DNA of 64,000 nucleotides from an uncultured Acidobacteriota bacterium (GTDB lineage: Bacteria; Acidobacteriota; UBA6911): NCBI GenBank assembly GCA_963843575.1, contig CAWJKZ010000027.1, positions 1-64,000 of the forward strand. The letters are read 5' to 3'. The stretch's first letter is position 1, and each line of letters begins with the position of its first letter. The notes beneath the pieces are model-generated. The model was given only the letters and a program-made list of their open reading frames with translations, was not told the origin of the DNA and did not search any database. Positions 1 through 10,438 of this stretch are shown in pieces. The position numbers were made by a program, and so were the translations under genes.

Positions 1-1678
1 ACATCATTGCCGCGGGCCGGAACAGCGGCGCGAAAATCGTATTGAGCACCGTCGCGGTGAATTTGAAGGATTGCGCCCCCTTCGCGTCGTTGCACCGCCC
101 TGACCTTTCGGGGTCCCAGTCAAACGACTGGCAACGCCTCTTCGAATGCCGGCGTAAAAGCCCAGGAAAGCGGGGAGTTTCAACAGGCGGCAACTCGACT
201 TCGAGCAGGCGGAACGGATTGACGGGAGTTTTGCGGAGTTGCGTTTCCGCCGTGGCCAATGCGCCCTGGCGTTGAAGGATGCCGGCGCCGCTCAAAAGGA
301 ATTTGCCGCCGCCCGCGATCTGGATGCCTTGCGCTTTCGATGTGACAGCCGGCTCAATGAAATTATCCGGCGCCAGGCGGCGGGCGATGTTGCGCTGGCC
401 GACGCTGAACGGGCGCTGGCGGAGGCGAGTCCGGACGGCATTCCGGGCGGCGAATTCTTTTATGAGCATGTCCATTTCACCTTTGAGGGCAATTATGTCC
501 TTGCCCGCGCCATTGCGGAAAAGGTGGAAAAGCATTGGACCTTCCGGAAGGCGCCCAATGGCCGGAACCTTGCGGCCTGCGCGCAACGCCTCGGCTACAC
601 GCCGCGCGACACGCAATTGGCCGTGTCGAAATGCTCGGGCGGTTTGCGGACGTTCCGTTCACGTTTCAAGCCAATCACGACGAACAAATGCGCCGCCTGA
701 CCGAAGCCGCGCGCGGATTGCCGCCGGCCAATTCGGCGGCGGCGCTTCGCGAGGCCCAATCCGCCGCCGAGGCCGCGCTCGCGCGGTGGCCCGATGATGC
801 CGTGCTGTGGGAACAGTTGGGCGAAATCAAGCAAGCGGAGGGAGATTATGCCGGGGCGGCGGTGGCGGCTCAACATTCGCTGGACAGGGTGCCCAGCAGC
901 GCCGGATGTTGGCTGCTTTCGGGCCTTCTGCTGGCGCAGCAAAAGAAATACGAGGACGCGCTCACGTCCTTCAAACATGTCTTTACGCTCGATCCGCTGG
1001 CCGTTTGGGCCAGGCACAATCTCGCTTCGTGCCTGGAAATACTCGGCCGCCGCGACGAGGCGGTCATCGAGTTCAAACGCGCTCTCGCGCTGAAACCCGA
1101 TTATGGCACGGCCTGGCTGGCGCTGGGTCAGTTCTATGAATAAATGGGACGCACCAACGATGCGGCGCGATGCTTCAACTCGGCGTTGACCAATCGCGTC
1201 AATCAGGCGGACGATCTGGCCGAGCTGGCGCGCTTTTGCGCGAGCCGCCGCTGGTTTGAACTGGCCGTGACCAATTTCGCCGCCGCCATCGAACTTTGCC
1301 CGGCGGATCCGGGCTTGCGCCTGGAAGCCGGACGTGCGCTGACGGCGATCGGACGGCATGACGAAGCAGCGCGACAATACCAGGCGGCCGTTGAGATGGA
1401 GCCGGAGCAGGCCCAGCCGCACATGCAACTGGGAGTTGCATTGGGCCGGCTGGAAAGCCGGCTCTGGCCGAGCAGGAATTTCGGCAAGTCCTGCGGACTT
1501 GATCCCAATTCAATTGCAGGCGCGTGTGGACCTGGGGGTCGCCTTGTACAAACAGGAAAAGCTTGAGGATGCCCTCAAACAATTTGACGACGTTCTTCAG
1601 CGCAACCCCAGGGATGCAACCGCCCTGCATTATGCCCAGTTGTTGCGGAATCGGACGCCCTTGCCGGCGGCCCGATGA
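1..1678 (+). CDS. Tetratricopeptide-repeat protein, 5'-partial, broken by several frameshifts and one in-frame TAA (1141-1143)
   Basis: Fragments 239..700, 535..1143, 1144..1566 and 1358..1678 join into one protein: 'FFYEHVHFTFEGNY' (SGNH-like end) then serial TPR helices (e.g. 'AVIEFKRALALKPDYGTAWLALG'). Confidence 0.75.
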
Positions 1679-1796
1679 ATGACGGACGCCGGCGGTTAAC
1701 GCCGCTCGAATTTATGAATGTTTTTGTGATCAACGCAGCCGGCGGATTTCATCCGGTGACTGCGAGAAATCTGATGTTCAATGCCCCGACCAACAA

Positions 1797-3890
1797 ATGA
1801 AAAACACAATACTCCCTCGTCGTCTCCTGGCTGGCGCGTGCGCCGCGTTGTTCGCCATGCAGCTTTCCGCCGCCGACTCGCCGCGCGAACGTCTTTCGCT
1901 CGACGCGAACTGGAAATTTCATCTCGGCGACGACTGGCCCAAGGCGCTGCGGCTGGACAAGGCGGGCGCGAACACCGGGCCGGCTTCGGAAAAGTTGTTC
2001 AGCGACGTGCGTGGCGCACGGTGAATCTGCCGCACGATTGGGCGATTGAATTGCCGTTCGACAAAAACGCCGACATGAACCACGGCTACAGGGCGCTCGG
2101 GCCGGGCTTCGAGACGAACAGCATCGGCTGGTATCGCCGCGCGTTCGAGCTGCCGAAGGCGGATGAAGGCAAGCGCATCTGGCTGACGTTCGATGGCGTG
2201 TATCGCGACGCGACGGTTTTTGTCAACGGCTGGATCGTGCGCCGGCACGAGGGCGGCTATTACCCGTTCCGCGAGGACATCACGGACGTGGTGAAGTTCG
2301 GCGAGCGCAACGTCATCGCCGTGAAGGTGGACGCGACGAAGTTCGAGGGCTGGTTCTACGAAGGCGCGGGCATTTATCGCCACGCCTGGCTGGAGAAGAC
2401 CGCGCCGGTGGCCATCGCGCCGGACGGGATTTTCGTTTATTCCCAATTCAAGAACAACGTGCCGACGGGCGCGGCGGCAATCCACGTCGAAGCCGACGTG
2501 CTCAACAAACTCACCAACGCCGTCAACGCGGTGGTGAACTGCGAAGTCATTTCGCCGGACGGCAAGTCGGTCGCGCAGTTCAAGGGATCGCAGCAGGTGG
2601 GCGGCGAATTGCAGGCCACGCTGAAGCTGCAATCGAAGGTTTCGTCGCCCGTGCTCTGGTCGCCGGAATCGCCCAAGCTCTACAAGCTCATCACCACGGT
2701 TTCGGTGGACGGCAAAACGGTTGACCAAAAGGAAACCATCTTCGGCATCCGCACCGCGGTCTTTGATCCGGACAAGGGTTTCGTGCTGAACGGCAAGCCT
2801 TACCCGATTTACGGCACCTGCAATCACCAGGACCACGCCGGCGTTGGCGCGGCCATTCCCGATGCGTTGCAGGAATTCCGCATCAACCAGTTGAAGAAAT
2901 TCGGCTGCAACGGCATTCGCACCTCGCACAATCCGCCCACGCCGGAGTTGCTCGACGCGTGCGACCGGCTCGGCATGTTGATCATGGACGAGAACCGGCT
3001 GCTCGGCAGCGATTCGGAGAACATGCGCAAGTGGGACGTGATGATCCGCCGCGACCGCAATCATCCGAGCATCATCATCTGGAGCGTCTGCGAACGAGGA
3101 GTTCACCGTGGAAGGCAACGATCAGGGCCGCAACACCGCGCGCACGATGCAGAACTACGTCAAGCGCCTCGACCCGACGCGGCCCGTGACCTATCCCGCG
3201 CCGCAGGGCGACACCGTCGGCGGCATCAACAGCGTCATCGAAGTGCGCGGCTGGAATTATCATCCCGGCCCGGACATGGACAAGTATCACGCCAAGCATC
3301 CGCAGCAGGCGAACGTCGGCACGGAACAAGCCAGCGCCACCAGCACGCGCGGCATTTACGAAAGCAGCCGGGAGCGCGGCCACGTCGCGGCTTACGACGA
3401 ACCGCCGCATCAATGGGTGACGAGCTCCGAGACGTGGTGGAGCTGGTTCGCGCGACCGCCCGTGGCTCTCCGGCGGTTTCGTGTGGACCGGTTTTGATTA
3501 TCGCGGCGAGCCGACGCCCTACAGCTGGCCGGACATCAACTCGCACTTCGGCATTCTCGACATGTGCGGTTTCCCGAAGGACAACTTCTATTACTACCAA
3601 GTCCTGGTGGACGACGAACACCGTGCTGCACCTGTTGCCGCACTGGAACTGGCCGGGCCGCGAAGGCCACGAGTTCCGCGTGGACGCGTTGAGCAATTGC
3701 AAGGAGGTGGAACTGTTCCTGAACGGCGACCTCGCTCGGCAAGAAGACGATGAAGCCGAATTCCAAGCTGACGTGGAAGGTGAAATACGCGCCGGGCACA
3801 TTGAGCGCGAAAGGTTACGACGCAGCGGGCAAGGTCATCGCGGAAACGAAAGTCGAAACCACGGGAGAAGCCGTCGCCCTTCAACTGACG
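1797..3890 (+). CDS. GH2 beta-galactosidase-like glycoside hydrolase with signal peptide; frameshifted and 3'-truncated at the junction
   Basis: Signal peptide MKNTILPRRLLAGACAALFA; GH2 motifs LPHDW, GWYRR, FDGV, YEGAGIYR, IRTSHNPP, RDRNHPSIIIWS-x-x-NE, WTGFDYRGEP across several frames; stops after 'ETTGEAVALQLT'. Confidence 0.85.
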
Positions 3891-3895
3891 CAGGA

Positions 3896-3965
3896 GTTTC
3901 CTGGCGCGTCTTGGACTGCGGGGGCAAGCGAAGCGCGACCCCGCTTTGGGGACGCTCCAGGAAAC
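3896..3965. repeat. Hairpin/REP-like element at the GH2-hydG junction
   Basis: Arms GTTTCCTGGCGCGTC (3896-3910) and GACGCTCCAGGAAAC (3951-3965), 14/15 complementary, enclosing GGACTGCGGGGGCAAGCGAAGCGCGACCCCGCTTTGG. Confidence 0.75.
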
Positions 3966-4785
3966 GTACCACCACGAGACGTACGCCCGCCTGCACCCCC
4001 GCCACACCCGGAAGGGGAACTACCTGTACCGGCTTGACGGCTTGAGCCGGGCGCTCCAGGCCGGTTGCGACGACGTCGGCATCGGCGTCCTGTTCGGGCT
4101 GCACGACTGGCGCTTCGAGGTCCTCGGACTCGTGACCCACGCCCTGCACCTGCAGGATCGCTTCGGAGTCGGGCCTCACACCATCAGCTTCCCACGCCTG
4201 CGCCCGGCATCCGGCGTCGATCTCGGCCTCCTGCCCGGCGTCGGCGACGCCGAGTTCAAGCGCGCGATCGCAATCCTGCGGCTGGCCGTCCCGTACACCG
4301 GGCTCATCCTCACCGCCCGGGAAGATGCGGCGCTGCGCCGCGAACTCCTCGCCTTCGGTGTCTCCCAGATCGACGCCGGCAGCCGGATCGAGATCGCCGG
4401 CTACACCGAGGCAGGGGACGCGCAGGTCATGGACCGGGAACAGTTCGAACTGGGCGACGTGCGCAGCCTGGACCAGGTCATGCGCGAGCTGATCCAGGAC
4501 GGCTATCTGCCGAGTTTCTGCACGGCGTGCTACCGCCTCGGCCGCACCGGGGAGCATTTCATGGAATTCGCAATCCCGGGATTCATCAAGCGCTTCTGCA
4601 CCCCGAACGGCTGCACCACCCTGACCGAATACCTCGTGGACTACGCTTCCCCCGAGACGCGCCGGGCAGGCGAGGAGCGCATCGGCCGGGAACTGGTCCA
4701 GATCGAGGAAGGGCCGCTGAAAAGCAAATTGCAGGACCGCCTGAAACGGATCGAGAACAGCGACGACCGGGACCTCTATTTCTGA
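3958..4785 (+). CDS. hydG: [FeFe]-hydrogenase maturase HydG, C-terminal part only (radical-SAM N-terminus missing)
   Basis: QETYH, DDVGIGVLFGL, GPHTISFPR, VPYTGLILTARE, and the C-terminal CX2CX22C (CTAC...FCTPN); upstream of aspA-hydF. Confidence 0.9.
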   Translation, partial: QETYHHETYARLHPRHTRKGNYLYRLDGLSRALQAGCDDVGIGVLFGLHDWRFEVLGLVTHALHLQDRFGVGPHTISFPRLRPASGVDLGLLPGVGDAEFKRAIAILRLAVPYTGLILTAREDAALRRELLAFGVSQIDAGSRIEIAGYTEAGDAQVMDREQFELGDVRSLDQVMRELIQDGYLPSFCTACYRLGRTGEHFMEFAIPGFIKRFCTPNGCTTLTEYLVDYASPETRRAGEERIGRELVQIEEGPLKSKLQDRLKRIENSDDRDLYF

Positions 4786-6194
4786 TGTCAGCCACCCGCA
4801 CCGAACACGACGTCATCGGCGTCCTGGACCTCCCGGCGGACGCGCTCCACGGCATCCACACCGCGCGGGCCCTCGAGAACTTCCCGCTCTCGCGCCGAAC
4901 CGTGAACCCAGCGCTGATTCGCGCGTACGGGGCGGTGAAGCTTGCGTGTGCTCGCGCCAATCGGGAATTCGCCGACTGGACAGGGGCGAAGTGCGACGCC
5001 ATCGAGGCCGCCTGCCGGGAGATGATCGAGGGGCAGCTCGACCGCCACGTCGTCGTCGACGCGCTCCAGGGTGGAGCCGGCACCTCGACGAACATGAATG
5101 TCAACGAGGTGCTCGCCAACCGCGCGCTTCAGCTCCTCGGCAGTGCTCCCGGCGACTACCGGTGCGTGTCGCCGGTCGAAGACCTCAACCTGCACCAGTC
5201 GACCAACGACACCTATCCGACCGCTCTCAAGGTCGCGGCCATCGCCCTCCTGAGGAGCCTGCAACCGGAGGTCGTCGCCCTCCAGGAGGCGTTCCAGCGC
5301 AAGGAACAGGAGTTCGCCCGCATCGTGAAAGTCGGGCGCACCGAGCTTCAGGACGCGGTCCTCGTGACCCTCGGCCGTGAGATGGCCTCTTACGCCGAGG
5401 CGTTTGCGCGCGACCGCTGGCGCATTTACAAGTGCGAGGAACGCCTGCGCATCGTGAACCTGGGCGGGACCGCCATCGGCACGGGGATCGGAGCCCCCCG
5501 GCAGTACATCTTCCGGGTGGTCGACCACCTGCGCGAAATCACCGGGTTCGGGCTCGCGCGTGCCGAGAACCTGGTCGAGTGCACCCAGAACACGGACGTC
5601 TTCGTCGAGGTCAGCGGGATCCTGAAGGCCTGCGCGGCCAACCTGCTGAAAGTCTCCTCCGACCTGCGCCTGCTGTCGTCCGGACCGGAGGCCGGCCTCG
5701 GAGAGATCCGTCTCCCGGCACGACAGGCGGGCTCTTCCATCATGCCGGGCAAAGTGAACCCGGTGATCCCGGAGGCGGTTTCGCAGGCGGCCATCACCGT
5801 GATGGCTAACGACCAGGCGATCGCGCACGCCTGCGCTTCCGGCAGTCTGGAGTTGAACGCCTTCCTCCCGCTCGTGGCCGACGCGTTGCTCGGGAGCCTG
5901 GATCTGCTGCGCAACGCATGCCACATCCTGGACCGCTTCTGCGTGGCCGGCCTGGAGGCGGACGAGGCCCGCTGCAGGGAGCACGTGAACTCCTCGACCG
6001 CGACCGTGACGGCGCTCGTCGAGGCGCTCGGCTACGAAAAGGCCGAACAGATCGCGCAGCGCGCCCGGGCCGGGATGAGTGTCCGCGAGGCGGCGGCAGC
6101 GTCGGGGTGGCTTAGCGCCGAGGAGTTCGACCGCCTCGCTTCGCCGGAGCGAGTGACCCGCCTCGGCTCACCGCCGCCTGAGGAGGTGCCATGA
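4785..6194 (+). CDS. aspA: Aspartate ammonia-lyase (fumarase/aspartase family)
   Basis: ATG overlaps hydG stop (TGATG); QGGAGTSTNMN, QSTND, GRTELQDA, GSSIMPGKVNP signature. Confidence 0.92.
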   Translation: MSATRTEHDVIGVLDLPADALHGIHTARALENFPLSRRTVNPALIRAYGAVKLACARANREFADWTGAKCDAIEAACREMIEGQLDRHVVVDALQGGAGTSTNMNVNEVLANRALQLLGSAPGDYRCVSPVEDLNLHQSTNDTYPTALKVAAIALLRSLQPEVVALQEAFQRKEQEFARIVKVGRTELQDAVLVTLGREMASYAEAFARDRWRIYKCEERLRIVNLGGTAIGTGIGAPRQYIFRVVDHLREITGFGLARAENLVECTQNTDVFVEVSGILKACAANLLKVSSDLRLLSSGPEAGLGEIRLPARQAGSSIMPGKVNPVIPEAVSQAAITVMANDQAIAHACASGSLELNAFLPLVADALLGSLDLLRNACHILDRFCVAGLEADEARCREHVNSSTATVTALVEALGYEKAEQIAQRARAGMSVREAAAASGWLSAEEFDRLASPERVTRLGSPPPEEVP

Positions 6195-7405
6195 CCACCG
6201 CATCGAAAGGGATGCGCCTGCACATCGGGCTGTTCGGCCGCCGCAACGTGGGCAAGTCGTCGCTGCTGAACGCCCTCACCCGTCAACAGGTTTCCATCGT
6301 TTCCCACGTGCCGGGGACCACGACCGACCCGGTCGAGAAACCGATGGAGTTGCTCCCCCTCGGCCCGGTGCTGTTCATCGACACTGCGGGCATCGACGAC
6401 GTCGGGGCGCTTGGCGAGCTGCGCGCGGAACGCACCCGGCGCGTGTTCGAGCGCACCGATCTCGGGATCGTCGTCGCGGAGGCCGGGCGCTGGGGCGATT
6501 TCGAGGAGGGGATCCTGTCGGAAATGGCGGCCCGAAGGACGCCTGCGGTCGTCGTGTTCAACAAAACCGATCTCGGGCGCCCCGACGCGGATACCGCCTC
6601 GTCTCTCCGGTCGCGCGGCGTCAGTGTCGTCGAAACCGCCGCCACGCTCCGCCAGGGATTGCCCGAGCTCCGGGAAAGCCTCGTCCGGTCCGCACCCGAA
6701 CAGTTCATGAACGCCCCTGTGGTCGTCGGGGACCTGATCGCCCCGGGGGAGCTGGTCGTGCTCGTCGTCCCGATCGATATGGAGGCGCCCCGGGGCCGGC
6801 TGATCCTGCCGCAAGTCCAGTCGATCCGCGACGTGCTGGACCACGACTCGTACTGCCTGGTGACCAAGGAACGGGAGCTCCGGGATGCACTCGACCGGCT
6901 CAAACGCCCGCCCGCCCTGGTCGTCACCGACTCCCAGGCGTTCCTGAGGGTGGCGGCCGACGTGCCGCCCGACGTACCGCTCACCTCGTTCTCCATCCTG
7001 TTCGCGCGCCTGAAAGGGGACCTTCAGGAGTTCGTTGGCGGCGCCCGCGCCATCGACCGCCTCCGTTCCGGCGACAGGGTGCTGGTGCTCGAAGCCTGCA
7101 CCCACCACCCGATCGGCGAGGACATCGGCCGCGTCAAGATCCCGCGCTGGGTGCGTCAGTACACAGGCAGGGAACTGGAATTCGTGCACATGCAGGGACA
7201 CGACTTCCCTGCCGACCTGAGCCCGTTCAGGCTGGTGATCCATTGCGGCTCCTGCATGCTGAATCGCCGCGAGGTGATGTCGCGCATTCTGCGCTGCCGC
7301 GAAGCAGGTCTCCCCATCACGAACTACGGCGTCGCCATAGCGTTTTCGTTGGGCATGCTGGACCGGGCCCTTTCCCCCTTCCCGGGACTCGCGGTCCGCT
7401 CCTGA
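6191..7405 (+). CDS. hydF: [FeFe]-hydrogenase maturation GTPase HydF
   Basis: GRRNVGKSS, GTTTDPV, DTAG, NKTD GTPase motifs; GRLILPQ; ACTHH...HCGSC cluster motif; TNYG; RBS GAGGAGG, ATGA overlap. Confidence 0.95.
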   Translation: MTTASKGMRLHIGLFGRRNVGKSSLLNALTRQQVSIVSHVPGTTTDPVEKPMELLPLGPVLFIDTAGIDDVGALGELRAERTRRVFERTDLGIVVAEAGRWGDFEEGILSEMAARRTPAVVVFNKTDLGRPDADTASSLRSRGVSVVETAATLRQGLPELRESLVRSAPEQFMNAPVVVGDLIAPGELVVLVVPIDMEAPRGRLILPQVQSIRDVLDHDSYCLVTKERELRDALDRLKRPPALVVTDSQAFLRVAADVPPDVPLTSFSILFARLKGDLQEFVGGARAIDRLRSGDRVLVLEACTHHPIGEDIGRVKIPRWVRQYTGRELEFVHMQGHDFPADLSPFRLVIHCGSCMLNRREVMSRILRCREAGLPITNYGVAIAFSLGMLDRALSPFPGLAVRS

Positions 7406-7470
7406 ATCCCAGGCCCCGGTGAGGTATAGTAAGGGAAGCCTACGTCCCCCTTGTCCCGCTGGAGGCCGCC

Positions 7471-8292
7471 ATGAGTCAACTCCCCTTGACCCCGGAGCAG
7501 ATCGCGCAGTTTCACGCCGACGGTTATATCATCCGCAAAAGTTACTTCGACCGCGACGAAATGGAGCTCCTGCTCCGCACGGCCCGGGCCGACCGGCTGA
7601 TGCTCAGTCACAACTACCCCGTCAAGGACACGGGCGGGCGCGAGAGCAGGCTCTCCCTGTGGAACCACCCCGGCGACGACCTCTACGGCGTCATCGCGCG
7701 CAGCCGCCGCGTCGTGGACGCGATGGAACAGCTGCTCGGCGGGGAGGTCTACCACTACCACTCGAAAATGATGCTGAAAGAGCCCGAAGTGGGCGGCGCC
7801 TGGGAATGGCACCAGGACTACGGCTACTGGTATCAGAACGGTTGCCTGCTGCCGGACATGGCGAGCTGCTTGATCGCCGTCGACCGCGCCACGCGCGAAA
7901 ACGGCTGCCTGCAATTGTTACGTGGTTCGCACCGGATGGGCCGCATCGACCACGGCCGCTCCGGGGAGCAGATCGGCGCCGACCCGGAGCGCGTGCGCGA
8001 AGCGATGAAGCGCTTCGCGCTCGTATACTTCGAGGCGGACCCGGGCGACACCCTGTTTTTCCACTGCAATACCCTCCACTGCTCGGCCCCGAACGTGAGC
8101 GCCAATCCGAGGTGGACCCTCATCTGCTGCTACAACACCCGCGAAAACGACCCCTACAAAGAACACCACCACCCGCGCTACACCCCCCTGGTCAAGGTGG
8201 ACGACGAGATGATCAGGGAAGTGGGCGCGCGCGTCACCGGCGCCGATCAGACGTCGTTCCTGGACCCGGCCCGGGACCGCACCGTGCGCTAG
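7471..8292 (+). CDS. Phytanoyl-CoA dioxygenase (PhyH) family Fe(II)/2-oxoglutarate dioxygenase
   Basis: WEWHQD, NGCL..GSH, LHCSAPN..R motifs; RBS GGAGG. Confidence 0.88.
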   Translation: MSQLPLTPEQIAQFHADGYIIRKSYFDRDEMELLLRTARADRLMLSHNYPVKDTGGRESRLSLWNHPGDDLYGVIARSRRVVDAMEQLLGGEVYHYHSKMMLKEPEVGGAWEWHQDYGYWYQNGCLLPDMASCLIAVDRATRENGCLQLLRGSHRMGRIDHGRSGEQIGADPERVREAMKRFALVYFEADPGDTLFFHCNTLHCSAPNVSANPRWTLICCYNTRENDPYKEHHHPRYTPLVKVDDEMIREVGARVTGADQTSFLDPARDRTVR

Positions 8293-8298
8293 CGCAAA

Positions 8299-8325
8299 GT
8301 GGGCCGCGTCGGCCCGACGCGGCCC
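8299..8325. repeat. REP-like palindrome family C (GTGGGCCGCGTCGGSCCGACGCGGCCC); related copies at 17722-17748 and 38057-38081
   Basis: Three near-identical intergenic palindromes read directly. Confidence 0.75.
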
Positions 8326-8380
8326 CGCCGAAGCGCCGCATCTCCAAAACGCACGGGGCGCTCGGGTCCATCCCCATCTC

Positions 8381-8389
8381 TGTTATGAT
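8381..8389 (+). promoter_or_regulatory. Extended -10 (TGtTATGAT) upstream of the hydrolase gene
   Basis: TGnTATGAT 22 bp before ATG, followed by RBS GGAGG. Confidence 0.5.
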
Positions 8390-8410
8390 TGGCTCACGGG
8401 AGGAGCCACG

Positions 8411-9319
8411 ATGAGACACGGGCTTATTGCGCTGGTGTGTTTGTGCGGCGCCGTCGTTGCCGGTGCGGAAATCAAGCAGTTCCCAGGCGGCAAGGAACTG
8501 CCGCACGACAGGTACATACACGCGGTGAGCGAAGCGGTGTCGCCGGTGGAGCAGGTTTACGTCAAAACCAAGGATGGGCTGTACGTCGCTGCCGCCATGC
8601 GCAAGCCTCAGGGCAACGGACCCTTCCCGGTAATGATCCATTTCCACGGCGCGCCGGGCGGTCGCGGCATGGAGAAGCTGGTCACCTGGTCGCGCGGGGA
8701 CACGGGCAGCCCGGTGTTCGAGCGCTTCCTGCAGGAAGGGTACGTCACCGTCGTTTCCGATTACCGCACCGCCCCGGTCATGTCCACGCAACCGGAGGAT
8801 CCCAAGGCGATAACCTACGCGGACGACGCGGTCGCGGTGCTCGAATATGTCAGGAAGCTCCCCTACGTCGATCCGGAGCGGATCAACGTCTACGGCGTGA
8901 GCCTCGGAGGCGACGTGGTGATGAACCTGATCTCACGGGCGAAAGTGCGGGCCGCGGTCCTCGGCGCCCCAGCGCCGATCCGCTTCCTGGGCGCGAGGCC
9001 CGACCCGAACGCGCCGCCTGCCGATCGTTTCAAGAACGTAACCGTCGACTCCCCCGCGATTCAGCTGAAATTGACCTCGGTCCGGAACCCGGTCCTCATC
9101 CTGGTCGGCACCGCCGACAGTCTCTTGCCGATGGACCGTGTTCTGCACGACGAACTGGCGAAGGCCGGCAAAACCGTTGCGATGGAGGTTTACGAAAATG
9201 GTTACCACGATTTCTGCATGGGGCCTCAGGGTCACGAAGGGCGCAAGGAACCGCTGATGGACATCACCCTCGCCGCCCTGGAAAGCACCCTCAAGTTCCT
9301 CAAGAACGCCGGCAACTAA
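8411..9319 (+). CDS. Exported alpha/beta hydrolase (S9/dienelactone hydrolase-like)
   Basis: Signal peptide; HGAPGG oxyanion loop, GVSLGG nucleophile elbow, GTAD, YHDF. Confidence 0.8.
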   Translation: MRHGLIALVCLCGAVVAGAEIKQFPGGKELPHDRYIHAVSEAVSPVEQVYVKTKDGLYVAAAMRKPQGNGPFPVMIHFHGAPGGRGMEKLVTWSRGDTGSPVFERFLQEGYVTVVSDYRTAPVMSTQPEDPKAITYADDAVAVLEYVRKLPYVDPERINVYGVSLGGDVVMNLISRAKVRAAVLGAPAPIRFLGARPDPNAPPADRFKNVTVDSPAIQLKLTSVRNPVLILVGTADSLLPMDRVLHDELAKAGKTVAMEVYENGYHDFCMGPQGHEGRKEPLMDITLAALESTLKFLKNAGN

Positions 9320-9351
9320 TCGCCGGTTCACTTAACCTACAGGTGGCTCCT

Positions 9352-10347
9352 ATGCCCATTTTTGTCACGGGAGGGGCGGGCTTCATCGGTTCGCAGTTCA
9401 TACGGGACTGGGTACACCGGTATCCCGGAGAGGAATTGATCAACTTCGACTGGCTCACCTATGCGGGCAATCTCGAAAACCTTGCGCCCATCGCAGGACA
9501 CCCGCGCTACCGCATGATCCGGGGGGACATCTGCGACGTCGAGGCTGTCCGCGAGGCGTTGCCCGAGACGTGCGACGCCATCGTGCACTTCGCAGCCGAG
9601 TCCCACGTGGACCGCAGTATCTTGAGCGCAGCCGAGTTCGTCCGCACGAATGTCCTGGGCACGCAGGTACTGCTGGATGTGGCGCGCGAGAAGCGTGCCA
9701 AACGCTTCCTGCACATCTCCACCGACGAGGTCGGCGGAAGCATTCCCGAACCCGGGCTGTTCCGCGAGGATTCGCCGCTGGCCCCAAGCAGCCCTTACGC
9801 GGCGAGCAAGACGGCCGCCGAGCACCTGGTACGTGCTGCCGCGCACACGTTCGGGATCGACGCGGTCATTACCAGAACGAGCAACAACTACGGCCCCTGC
9901 CAGTTCCCCGAGAAGCTGCTGCCGCTGGCCATCAGCAACGCCCTCGCCGACCGCGCCATCCCGGTTTACGGCGACGGGCTGCAGGTGCGTGACTGGGTCC
10001 ATGTCGCCGACAACTGCCGGGCGCTGTCAATGGTCCTGGAAAAGGGACGCCCGGGCGCCACCTACCACATCGGCGGCGGTTCCCCACGGACCAACCTGAG
10101 CGTGCTCCGGCTGCTCCTGCACATCCTGGGCAAGTCCGAAAGCCTGCTGACGACCGTGACGGACCGCCTCGGACACGACCGCCGGTATGCCGTCGATTTT
10201 TCCCTGATTCGCAACGAACTCGGTTGGCGCCCGAGCATCGCCTTCGAGGACGGCCTCCGGATGACCATCGACTGGTACAGGGCCAATCCCGAGTGGATCG
10301 CCCACGCCCGGAGCGGGGAGAGACCCGGACAATCCTCCTCGCTCTGA
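9352..10347 (+). CDS. rfbB: dTDP-glucose 4,6-dehydratase
   Basis: TGGAGFIG, TYAGN, HFAAESHVDRS, STDEV, YAASK, NNYGP, RDWVHV, GHDRRY. Confidence 0.93.
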   Translation: MPIFVTGGAGFIGSQFIRDWVHRYPGEELINFDWLTYAGNLENLAPIAGHPRYRMIRGDICDVEAVREALPETCDAIVHFAAESHVDRSILSAAEFVRTNVLGTQVLLDVAREKRAKRFLHISTDEVGGSIPEPGLFREDSPLAPSSPYAASKTAAEHLVRAAAHTFGIDAVITRTSNNYGPCQFPEKLLPLAISNALADRAIPVYGDGLQVRDWVHVADNCRALSMVLEKGRPGATYHIGGGSPRTNLSVLRLLLHILGKSESLLTTVTDRLGHDRRYAVDFSLIRNELGWRPSIAFEDGLRMTIDWYRANPEWIAHARSGERPGQSSSL

Positions 10348-10438
10348 AGTTTGACGGGTTGTGCCGGCCGGGGAGATCTTCAATGGACCTTGCCTCCAAG
10401 GTGCCAAGGGCTCAACGAATCCCGAGGCGTGAACATCC

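Noticed and set aside
1141-1143. In-frame TAA as recoding or readthrough
   Set aside because: TAA ends other genes here, and the region is error-rich; likely a base-call error.
4065-4784. Long N-terminal extensions on aspA, rfbB (8389), Gfo/Idh (48844) and tag (34726)
   Set aside because: Stop-free alternative frames overlapping neighbouring genes; true starts are downstream at the family N-terminus.
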